From a virus (taxonomy: Duplodnaviria > Caudoviricetes): 52,424 nucleotides of DNA. The stretch is from positions 1-52,424 of the IMG/VR virus record IMGVR_UViG_3300020045_011910. One strand, 5' to 3'. Made by a program: the position numbers and the translations under genes. Positions 15,579 through 24,375 of this stretch are shown one piece after another (the stretch's first letter is position 1; every line of letters starts with the position of its first letter). A model generated the notes under the pieces. That model saw nothing but the letters and a program-made list of their open reading frames with translations, searched no databases and had not been told where the DNA came from.

Positions 15579-18500
15579 CTATTTTACCGCATTTTCAACT
15601 TGTTCCTTACCCAGCACCCCTGTACGAGATAAAATAGACCATGCAGCTTGTCTTGCTTGCTCTTGAGTTACGGCTGGACCTACAGCCCTGGCAAGTATGG
15701 CTGCGTCAGAAGGGTTGAGGTACACCCGATTAAGCGCGGCAATTTTACGCCGAAAGTTTAATTCCAAAAGAGCAGCAACGGCAACACCACCAGCCGCAGC
15801 ACTTCTAAAATCCATATGACCCAGCGTGAAAAGTGCGGCTGTAGTTATTCCTGGCGGTCCTGCGTGAGAAAAAAGCGAACGTTCCATGATATTCGTAGGT
15901 CGCTCTACGTAGACCTTGTTAATAGCTTCAAAAGCGTTCTGCACACGTTCAATATTTGTAAGGTAATCGGGATAGTAGCGCTGTAACCAAGGTTTGTTAT
16001 CCTTTATAAACTTTGCCGCTTTTACTGAATCGGCAACGCCGTTTTCACCCAGGAAAGCTCGCCAACGCGCTTGTAAAAGTGCGTCTTCAATAGCTTTATT
16101 ACCTTTGGCTTTTTCAAAGAATTTACTAAAGTAATACGCTTTATCGTTACCACTTTCAGGACCGGGTAATCTCTCCATCTGTGCGATAATATCTGCTGGT
16201 GTTGCCCCGAGAGTACGTTCTGCCGTACTTTCTACCAAAGCACGTTCAGCCGCGTCACGAGCACCAAAGGTCTCCTTATAATAAGCTACGGCTTTGGCTT
16301 CAGTATCTTGAGCAAGTTTCAAGTCTTCAGTAGCCAGGCGCTCTCGCTCTACCTGCAGTGCCCGGTCATCTTCGATAGAGCGTGTAGCGTTTTGTTTTTC
16401 CTGGCGTATTCGTGCCAGTTCAGCTTTACGTTCACGTGCGGCTTGGGTCAAATCACCCGCTGTCTGTGTTCGCAAATTTGCGTTTGACTCAGCGATGTCT
16501 GCCGATTCAGTTGCTATGTCTCTTTGAGCCGTACCGCGTACATCTTCAGCAGCCCGGCGTTCCCCTTGCGCGACACCACGCGCTTCAAAGACACGTTCAC
16601 CGCCAGTCGCCTGTGTTTCTCGCAAAGAATCGCGCATGGCTTGAATATAAGCGTTGGGTAACGCTTGTGCTCCCTGCGCAGCCGCTTCCACTTCACGTAT
16701 AGCGTTTGCCCTATCACGAGGCGTCCGGAAAAGTTTCTTGAGTTCAGGGCTTTGTGTCAGTAAAGCGTCGTTCTCTTTTATCCACTGTGCAGCTTTCTTG
16801 GGCAGATACTCACCTGTACCCATAGCCGCGTCATAAAATTGAGCACGCACTGAATCAAAAAGGGCGTTCTTGGAATTAGTAGCAACAGCTTGTGTTGCCA
16901 TATCACCCTGTAGATACGCATCCTGTAACACGTCATCAAGATCACGTAGATACGTCCCAAAGAGTCTTTCTCGCTGTGCTCCTCCAACGGTACCTTTAGA
17001 GACACCTGGACCGGAGCCGAAAGTAATACGAGCAATTTCATCTGGGGTACGAAGCAATTCTCCAGTAAAAGGATTTCTTACCTGAGTCTGATAACCTGGA
17101 TCACCTGTTAAACGAATTTTTTCTCGACGATACGCGCTACTGAGTTCCCGATATGCTGCAATTGCTTCAGGATATTGTTTAGCGGTCGCATCAACAAAGG
17201 CATCCACTTCACCTAAAAATTGCCGGAGTAAAGGCATTTTTTGACTGGTCGCCGGGGTGTGCCGATAGTCGTCAAGAAGGCGCGAACGTAAATTTTGGAT
17301 GTCCACTAAACCAATTATTACGTTATCAAGTTTACCACCCACGCCTGGTTGTTTTTCTGCAAGCTGTGCCAGCCGTGCTTCAAAATCACTAATCACGGAT
17401 GTAGGTGCGTAGCTTCGATCTATTTGCGCTGTCGGTACAGAGACATCAGTAAGAGAATCCTTGTACTTTTGTACGATCTTATACAGCCCGGTCACAGGTA
17501 CCTGAATACCAAACTCACGTTCCAACGTCCCATAACCAAGTTCCGCATTCTTTCTTAAACGCTCCTGTACCGTATCATAAAATTCTATTTCAGTCTTACC
17601 TTGAGTACGCACAGCTTTACGTCCAACGGCACCACTTTGTACACCCGCTGCAGCCATGTCAGGCGCAATAGATTCGACGTTACGCTTCCCAAAATCCAGG
17701 GCGTCACTTATGTCTCGTTGGTTGGCAACGGTAATGCGGTCCAGGTGGTCTTGTAGGTCTGCTACTTGCTGCTGTGCTTGTTTATTAGCAACACGGACCT
17801 CTTCTTGTACACCACGTTCAATGTCCTGGGAAGCTCGCACAGACTGACGATATTCCTCTTGGACGTCAAGTTTACGTTGCGCCAAAGTAGCTTCTTGCGC
17901 TCTCGTGTCGGTGCCAGTTTGAGTACGAAGTTTGATAATCTCGTCTTCAATGTCGTAGAGTTTTTGCTGTGCTATACTCGCCTGATCCCGCGCCAGGTCT
18001 TCTGCTGTGCGGATACGTTGCACAGCATCCGATTGTAAGGCGCGACCTTGCGCTTGTACCGCTGTAAGATCACCTTCGGCTTTAGTGCGTATATCCTGCG
18101 CTCGTTTTACAGGACGCTTTTCCCCTTCAAGAAAATCATCAAGAACTAAGTCTTGACTTGTACGTGTTGTAGTCCCACCACGTACAGTCTCACCAAGTTT
18201 GGGACCAGCAAAAGCCTCTGTAGCAATATCTGTGACCTGCTTCTCGTGCGTCCGCATGAGGTATTTTTGTAAGCCGGGGCGTTTGGCTAGCGCCTCAAAG
18301 ACTTTAAAGGTCTCCGTGGGGGTAAGAAGACCTCCAGCTAGTTCCGTAATGAACTGCGCCATCTCCCCACCACCAGCGACCTTGACAACTTCTGCACTTG
18401 CTGCGCCCTGCGCAGCAAGTGCCGCTGCTTTCTTTACCTGATCTATAGCAGGCACAGCACGACCTGCTACAAGCAAGGGAAAGAGTCTTGCTGTCACCGC

Positions 18501-19100
18501 GCCGGGTATTATGGTACCCACCGCCGCAGAAAGGACGTGCTCAAGTGCCGCATAGCCAGGAGGAGAAGGTTTGAAACCTTCTTTACCCGCAATAGTCGTT
18601 TCTAGTGGTCTGGTTGCGGCTGGTGTTTGAAGCCCCTGTCCTGCTCGGGTGAACACATTTCCAGTGCCAGGTTCGACTAAACCCAGACGCTCTGGAATCT
18701 TACCGTACTGTTCTGTAAGCACACCAATGGGTTTTGTAATCATCTCTGGGGTATAATCGAGCCCTTTGACAATACCCTTGCCCACTGTTGTCGCCAGGTT
18801 TGACAGGAAACCGGGAGGTTCTTGCGGTGTCGTTTGGTTTGCTGGCTGTTCGTAGCTTACCTGTGCACGTTCTTCTGGCGTCAGGTTCACGCCCGTAGTG
18901 TCGTCGCCGTGAATACCCTGGCTCAGGATATAGTTGATAAGCTCTTCTTGCCCAGCATCATCTAAGCGCGTGACTTCGTGATCGGTGTCGAGGGCTTTTT
19001 GCAGCGTTTGCAGTTTCATGCGATACGGAAGTGCAACGAAGTCCGGGTTATCAATATAGTCTGTCACCAGGGGTGGTGCTTTAGTTGCTGTTTCAGGCAT
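15579..19100 (-). CDS. Large internal virion / DNA ejection protein
   Basis: 1173 aa, Ala/Gln/Glu-rich and helical; follows the SLT-bearing protein as in podovirus ejection modules. Confidence 0.6.
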   Translation of the reverse strand: MPETATKAPPLVTDYIDNPDFVALPYRMKLQTLQKALDTDHEVTRLDDAGQEELINYILSQGIHGDDTTGVNLTPEERAQVSYEQPANQTTPQEPPGFLSNLATTVGKGIVKGLDYTPEMITKPIGVLTEQYGKIPERLGLVEPGTGNVFTRAGQGLQTPAATRPLETTIAGKEGFKPSPPGYAALEHVLSAAVGTIIPGAVTARLFPLLVAGRAVPAIDQVKKAAALAAQGAASAEVVKVAGGGEMAQFITELAGGLLTPTETFKVFEALAKRPGLQKYLMRTHEKQVTDIATEAFAGPKLGETVRGGTTTRTSQDLVLDDFLEGEKRPVKRAQDIRTKAEGDLTAVQAQGRALQSDAVQRIRTAEDLARDQASIAQQKLYDIEDEIIKLRTQTGTDTRAQEATLAQRKLDVQEEYRQSVRASQDIERGVQEEVRVANKQAQQQVADLQDHLDRITVANQRDISDALDFGKRNVESIAPDMAAAGVQSGAVGRKAVRTQGKTEIEFYDTVQERLRKNAELGYGTLEREFGIQVPVTGLYKIVQKYKDSLTDVSVPTAQIDRSYAPTSVISDFEARLAQLAEKQPGVGGKLDNVIIGLVDIQNLRSRLLDDYRHTPATSQKMPLLRQFLGEVDAFVDATAKQYPEAIAAYRELSSAYRREKIRLTGDPGYQTQVRNPFTGELLRTPDEIARITFGSGPGVSKGTVGGAQRERLFGTYLRDLDDVLQDAYLQGDMATQAVATNSKNALFDSVRAQFYDAAMGTGEYLPKKAAQWIKENDALLTQSPELKKLFRTPRDRANAIREVEAAAQGAQALPNAYIQAMRDSLRETQATGGERVFEARGVAQGERRAAEDVRGTAQRDIATESADIAESNANLRTQTAGDLTQAARERKAELARIRQEKQNATRSIEDDRALQVERERLATEDLKLAQDTEAKAVAYYKETFGARDAAERALVESTAERTLGATPADIIAQMERLPGPESGNDKAYYFSKFFEKAKGNKAIEDALLQARWRAFLGENGVADSVKAAKFIKDNKPWLQRYYPDYLTNIERVQNAFEAINKVYVERPTNIMERSLFSHAGPPGITTAALFTLGHMDFRSAAAGGVAVAALLELNFRRKIAALNRVYLNPSDAAILARAVGPAVTQEQARQAAWSILSRTGVLGKEQVENAVK

Positions 19101-19103
19101 AAT

Positions 19104-21935
19104 TTAAGGCTCCACTGGTGCGACAAGCCTGCGATTTTCGAGTAACTTACGTACTGCGTCGTTCTTAATAGGTATCTGGTTCGTTGCACGAGAAGGTGCT
19201 GAAGGGTTCTGTGGTGCCGCTTGAGTCTGTTCAGTACCCTGCGTAGGTGGTACGACTGCTCCATTACCGATGATACGGTTCAAGGGCGCTACAACCAGGT
19301 CTTCAAGATCGTCATAGAGTTGCTTTGCCTGGCGCTCTGCGCTTTGAAACTTGAGTCCTGCGAGCTTGACTGTGGGAAAGAGTGCTTGTACCCGTGTCGT
19401 GTCCACGTTGGACACTTGCGCTGTCTCTGCTGCTACACCCCGAGCATACAGTGACAACAACCCGGTCTGTAGTGATTCAAGTGAGTTCAAATCCCGCGCT
19501 TCCTGACTATCTTGATCGAGCGTCTTAAAGAAGTTCGATACACTCTGTTGTGCCCTAGAACCCAGACCCGCGTGAACGCGAAAAACACCAGGGTGCTTGA
19601 CACCCTTTTCGTCGGTGCCACCGAAAGCGTAGAGCTTCATTTTATTCAAAGCGTCAAGAGCAGCTAGCCGAGAAGCTATGGCCTTCTCCGCTGCGGCATC
19701 TACCGGGATAAATCCGAGCTTGTGTAGTTCAAAGGCTTTTGGCCTGTGTCCGTTAATACTACTTGGTGCTCTCGTACCTTTAAGTGGGTGAATAAACCTT
19801 GTGAGTTCGGTTATAGTAAGCGGTTTGTCCGATTCGATGACTTGTTTAAGTTGGTCATTTTCGACTTTGCGCTTGTCTATATTTTGCCTGGCAATGGTCA
19901 AAGTTTCCGGTTCAAGTTTTACAAGTTCGTCAATGGTCGTCTCCGGTGGAAGGTCTGTGCGCTCCCCACGAATGCGCGTAAGTTCGTCGGCCATTTCTGG
20001 AGACGACGGTGTGTACACTGATGCTCTACCTTCGGCACCCGCACGCGCTTCTTGTCGTGCACGATCTACAAGCAGAGGGGTAGCCTGAGCAAGCTTCTTT
20101 TTTTCGTTTTGCAAATCTTCTACAGCTATCTCAGCTCTTTTTGTACGTTCAGCTTCGTTGAGCGTTGGGTCGGTCTTTAACAAGCGCTCTTTTTGTAACG
20201 CCACCATTGTCTCTCGTGCCGCTTTATCACGCTCCGCTTGCGTTAGTGTGGGGTCAGTCACTTTTTGGCGCTCGCGTTCCAACGCACTTTCTGTCTCTCG
20301 TGCAGCTTTTGCTTGTTCGGCTTTAATAAGTTCAGGGTCCGTAGCGCGACGGCGCTCGCGTTCCAATTCAATGGGTCCAGTTGCGCGGGCTTTGTCCTCA
20401 GCTAATTTGACTTCACCAGGCGCAAGTATACGTTGCTTTTCGAGTGCGGCTTCAGCTTCAAGTTTCAATTCTTCATTTTTTAGTGCGAGTTTCTTTTTGT
20501 CAACGTAACCAGCGGTTTCAAGCACATGCTTAATTTGCGCGTCAGTGTAGTTCCTACGTAAACCTTCCTGGTACACGTCAATAGCTGCCTTATCACCCTG
20601 ACCAAGTGCGATCATACGGCGTAAGTGTTCATCAGACTGCGTGAGAAAGTCAGACTCGGGAGTTTGCGCTTTTATGGACTTAAGTTCATCAAGTTGTGCG
20701 TAAGTCTTGACTTGCTTGGCTAGTTTACGCAACCTTGGATCGTGTTCTCTTTCAAGAAAAGTTTTAACCAAACCTTCGACATCGTTAAGCTCTTGCCGAT
20801 ATTCTGTTGCAGTTTCTTTGCGTACACGGTCTGGAAGATCAATGAGTTTGCTACGCAATTCTCTGGTATTGGGTAACTTTTGATACCTACGCAAGGTTAA
20901 CTGAAGATTACGCTGCTGGCGCTCTTGTAAAGTTTCCGCTGGAGTCTGCAGACGTAGTTCGTCTGGTGCAGACGGTGTGGTTAGATCGTTGGCCGCGACC
21001 AGGTTAGAAAAGTCGCCTTGTTGCGATGTTACTTGTCCGACCGCCCCGGGCCCGGCAACCTGGTTAGCAAAAGGCCCAGGTTGTTGTTGCACCAGAGAAG
21101 CGTACTTCGGTGCTAGACTATTCACACGTTTGACGTGCGCCTGGGTCTCTTTAAAAGGTGGTACACCGCCGTACTCGTCAACCCGACGCTCGCCCGCGTT
21201 ATAGGCGGCAAAAACCTTTGTCGGGTCGTTGTTGAATTTCTCAGCGAGAAATTTGACGTACTTGGCACTTCCCGTCAAATTTTGTACAGGGTCATTCGGG
21301 TCTGTCACACCAAAAAGTGTCTGAGTATCCGGCATAAGTTGACCCAATCCCTGCGCACCTTGCGTACTTACCGCCTTTGGATCGAAATTCGACTCAGCTT
21401 CAACATTAGCCACGAAATGCGGTATAAGTGATTCAGGCACACCTTCTTTCCTGGCAATCTGTGCAGCGAGAGAAGCGAACTTACCTGGCGTAGTCGCCTT
21501 TGCCTGGGGCTGCACAGTGGGCGAGACTTTAGATGTCCCTGGTGTAGGTGCGCCGAAGGGGTTATATGCAGGCAATCCACGTGCAGGTGCGGGCGCTACT
21601 GGTGTAGCGGTCGTAGGGGCACCTATGGTGTCGTCTGTAAGACCCAGGTCAAGTGGAGCCTTGGGCACCACTTTGAATGCGCGACCTCCTACACGGAAGG
21701 TATCAGCCGTACCCGGAGCGCCGTAGAGCTTACCTAGAAAGCCTTGCGGTCCTGTCTCAGCAGCTTCGATGTCAGAGAGCGGAACCAAGTCATGTTCATC
21801 ATCTTTGACGAGCTTGAGCAACGCAAGCTGACTTGCTTCGTTTTTCTGGCGCTCTTGTTGCGCCTGAGTAGCGAAGCCTCCTGCTAGACCTAATCCAAAC
21901 TGGATCGCCTGTAAGAAGTCCCCAAAGCCTGCCAT
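19104..21935 (-). CDS. Internal virion protein with lytic transglycosylase (SLT) domain
   Basis: AESNFDPKAVSTQGAQGLGQLMP...AAYNAG motifs; likely start at MAGFGDF (21935). Confidence 0.85.
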   Translation of the reverse strand: MAGFGDFLQAIQFGLGLAGGFATQAQQERQKNEASQLALLKLVKDDEHDLVPLSDIEAAETGPQGFLGKLYGAPGTADTFRVGGRAFKVVPKAPLDLGLTDDTIGAPTTATPVAPAPARGLPAYNPFGAPTPGTSKVSPTVQPQAKATTPGKFASLAAQIARKEGVPESLIPHFVANVEAESNFDPKAVSTQGAQGLGQLMPDTQTLFGVTDPNDPVQNLTGSAKYVKFLAEKFNNDPTKVFAAYNAGERRVDEYGGVPPFKETQAHVKRVNSLAPKYASLVQQQPGPFANQVAGPGAVGQVTSQQGDFSNLVAANDLTTPSAPDELRLQTPAETLQERQQRNLQLTLRRYQKLPNTRELRSKLIDLPDRVRKETATEYRQELNDVEGLVKTFLEREHDPRLRKLAKQVKTYAQLDELKSIKAQTPESDFLTQSDEHLRRMIALGQGDKAAIDVYQEGLRRNYTDAQIKHVLETAGYVDKKKLALKNEELKLEAEAALEKQRILAPGEVKLAEDKARATGPIELERERRRATDPELIKAEQAKAARETESALERERQKVTDPTLTQAERDKAARETMVALQKERLLKTDPTLNEAERTKRAEIAVEDLQNEKKKLAQATPLLVDRARQEARAGAEGRASVYTPSSPEMADELTRIRGERTDLPPETTIDELVKLEPETLTIARQNIDKRKVENDQLKQVIESDKPLTITELTRFIHPLKGTRAPSSINGHRPKAFELHKLGFIPVDAAAEKAIASRLAALDALNKMKLYAFGGTDEKGVKHPGVFRVHAGLGSRAQQSVSNFFKTLDQDSQEARDLNSLESLQTGLLSLYARGVAAETAQVSNVDTTRVQALFPTVKLAGLKFQSAERQAKQLYDDLEDLVVAPLNRIIGNGAVVPPTQGTEQTQAAPQNPSAPSRATNQIPIKNDAVRKLLENRRLVAPVEP

Positions 21936-22212
21936 AGTTTGCACACGTGTGTGAAAAAGATGATAAAATAGCGAGAACGAAGTACGTATGTAGCGCACTT
22001 CGTCTCTAAACACGGTAGCCAAGAAAGGATTGGCTAATGCCTATCCAAGATAGTACCACAAAAGCTCAACTCATACCATACGACCAGCGTACCATAGGCG
22101 TCGAGACTGTAGAGACGGTCGATGCTCGGGACATTTTTTAGGTATAGAGACACGTTGTCAGGGTATAACTGGAAATGGCAGGTCTCCGCTGTACGCAAAG
22201 TACTCGTGTGAC

Positions 22213-22557
22213 TCAAAGTCCAGGTACACCTGGAAGTGGTGCATATTTACCATACACAAAGTACTCTCTTCCAATGGGATCAAAAGATTTTGTCATGGCA
22301 TTCTGGTACTCGTCAAATACTTCACGTACCATTTTATAGTATATACGGGCCTTGTTACTCCTACCACGTCGCCATGTAACCAGGTCTGCTTCTGCCAGGA
22401 TTCTTAAATGCTGTGACACCGTCCCCTGTGCGACTGGGAAATCCCGAGCTAACTCCCCAACAAAGACTTCCTGCCCAGAAGCAAGCGCCTGCAAAATATT
22501 AAACCGTGTGTGGTCCGCAAGGGCTTTGGTAATTTTTATGACTTGCTGTTGTAACAT
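22213..22557 (-). CDS. ArsR/SmtB-family HTH regulator
   Basis: KALADHTRFNILQAL...VGELA...VSQHLRILAEADLV. Confidence 0.88.
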   Translation of the reverse strand: MLQQQVIKITKALADHTRFNILQALASGQEVFVGELARDFPVAQGTVSQHLRILAEADLVTWRRGRSNKARIYYKMVREVFDEYQNAMTKSFDPIGREYFVYGKYAPLPGVPGL

Positions 22558-22568
22558 TTTAATTCTCG

Positions 22569-23111
22569 TTAGATAAGAGCTCCTGTGAGTCCTGCCAGGC
22601 TCCCGGCGACTTGAAAGCCTGTATCAAAGGCTGAAGGTCCGTCTGACGACGACTGGACAAAAGTATTAGGCGACAAAAACTGGCCGTATCCTGGGGGTAC
22701 GACAGTGTTGACCTGTGCCCCGCGCTGAAGCGTCAGTTGCGAAAGTGCCTTGAGCAATTCAGGTGTCAAGCCGTTGATGTTCTCAAAAGCCGGGCCGAGG
22801 TCATCAATACCTGCAACCTGTGCCCCACGACGTGTCGCTGCTTCCACGACAGGCTTTGCCGTACCAAACTGACTTGCAGCAAACTGATTATTTTTGAAGC
22901 CCCCAAGAAAGGGTGCCAGTAAACTTGACTGCTCATCCTGCGCACCTTCCAAAATGGGCGCTTCTATATCTTGGAAGAGTCGCCGGGTCTCTTCAGGAAA
23001 TTCTACTGAAGAGGTCTGTGTCGATTTCGGTCCACCTTTAGCGAGCGCGGCTGCCGTTGATGCTACAGCGGCAACAGCAACAGTAGCGGCGGCTATGGCA
23101 GCAACAGTCAT
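22569..23111 (-). CDS. Probable small ejection/pilot protein
   Basis: Ala-rich hydrophobic N-terminus, Gly/Ala C-terminus, position in the ejection module. Confidence 0.5.
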   Translation of the reverse strand: MTVAAIAAATVAVAAVASTAAALAKGGPKSTQTSSVEFPEETRRLFQDIEAPILEGAQDEQSSLLAPFLGGFKNNQFAASQFGTAKPVVEAATRRGAQVAGIDDLGPAFENINGLTPELLKALSQLTLQRGAQVNTVVPPGYGQFLSPNTFVQSSSDGPSAFDTGFQVAGSLAGLTGALI

Positions 23112-23584
23112 GGTCTATCTCCCAGGTAATTTGTGAACTCTTCGTAGGTTTCCACTGTCAGATCGTCAACCATCTTTGTCGTATCTGTTTCGTCGGTCAT
23201 GTGCACAGTGACCCAGATAGTATCTTCAAGCGTGATAAGGGCACGCTTGGTCCCTGCCGGTGAGATCATAGATAGCGGTGCCGTGAGCTTTTGAAGTCCC
23301 TGGGATTCTGTTGCCACGAGCACAGACCCTTGCAAGAGAAAATTGGGATGTGCGTGCTTATGGATACGACCAACAACAATCATGCCTTTTGGTATGAAAA
23401 TTTCCCGTACATAGATTCCGTTACAAAAACTATGCTTAAGTGGCATAATCTCTTCAAGATGAAGTTCTCCGCTAATGGCCCCAGGTACATTTTGCAAAAG
23501 TTTTTCAAGATCGAGGATTTTTTGACGCATTTCAAGATTTTGATGTACGATTTCTTCGTCAAAGAAAAGCTCTGGTAACATCAC
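23108..23584 (-). CDS. Cupin-like phage protein
   Basis: HSFCNGIYVREIFIPKG...GRIHKHAH...SPAGTKR...WVTVH. Confidence 0.7.
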   Translation of the reverse strand: MMLPELFFDEEIVHQNLEMRQKILDLEKLLQNVPGAISGELHLEEIMPLKHSFCNGIYVREIFIPKGMIVVGRIHKHAHPNFLLQGSVLVATESQGLQKLTAPLSMISPAGTKRALITLEDTIWVTVHMTDETDTTKMVDDLTVETYEEFTNYLGDRP

Positions 23585-23596
23585 AGTCGCCTTATC

Positions 23597-24373
23597 CTAT
23601 GTAATTGGCGCAAATGCGTCAGGGTTAAATTGCGGGTTGTTCCTGAATCCTTGAATCGTCGCAGCAGCCTGTGCCGCTGTGCTGGTGTTGAATGAGTTGT
23701 TAAGAGTCCGAGCTGCACTACCAAAGCTAGCTAGACTTGTGCCTACGTTTCGTAAATCAGTAGGAAGGTTTCTTGTGGTGACGCTAGGTGCCCGCGCTGC
23801 GCCTGAAAGCGCCGGTTGAAAACCACCAAGCGTATTGAGCAAATTTGTAAAACCACCCTGTTGTCCTTGCGTGATGAGACTACCGTATTGCCTGGCAGCT
23901 TTACTCAATTCCCCTTGCTGGGCACGTTTGACCTGACCACCGCCCGCATAACCAAGACGCCGGGCTATAGCAGAAGAAGCCCCAGCGTATTGCCCGCGCA
24001 AAGCACTCAGTTGTGGGGTGATGTCACTGAAAATTTCTGCAGTGGAACCTCTAGCGCGGGCGCGTAGTTTGTTGAGCGCATCGAACAGGCTCCCAATTTG
24101 GAGAGGTACGCCTTTGACAGCAAGGGCACGTCCTGCAGTCAAAATATCTTCAGACGAAAGTAGTGCTGTGGGGTCATCGAGATTTACACCTCCACCTGCC
24201 CCATCTCCAAAAATCCCCGCACCGCCAGAATCGTCACCGCCACCTGTATCAGAGGTGCCGTCTCCAGTGTCACCTATATCACCCGACGAACTTTCTCCTA
24301 CACCTTCGTCACCTGCTGTATCGCCAGCTTCCTGTTGGTACCTGTGATGAAAGATCATCCGATCTAGTATCAC
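23597..24373 (-). CDS. Probable ejection/internal virion protein
   Basis: Gly/Asp-rich N-terminus, Gly/Ala/Gln-rich body; synteny. Confidence 0.5.
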   Translation of the reverse strand: MILDRMIFHHRYQQEAGDTAGDEGVGESSSGDIGDTGDGTSDTGGGDDSGGAGIFGDGAGGGVNLDDPTALLSSEDILTAGRALAVKGVPLQIGSLFDALNKLRARARGSTAEIFSDITPQLSALRGQYAGASSAIARRLGYAGGGQVKRAQQGELSKAARQYGSLITQGQQGGFTNLLNTLGGFQPALSGAARAPSVTTRNLPTDLRNVGTSLASFGSAARTLNNSFNTSTAAQAAATIQGFRNNPQFNPDAFAPIT

Positions 24374-24375
24374 GG

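Noticed and set aside
21936-22022. Upstream TTG start of the 972-aa ORF
   Set aside because: The extension is atypical; MAGFGDF at 21935 is a more plausible ejection-protein start.
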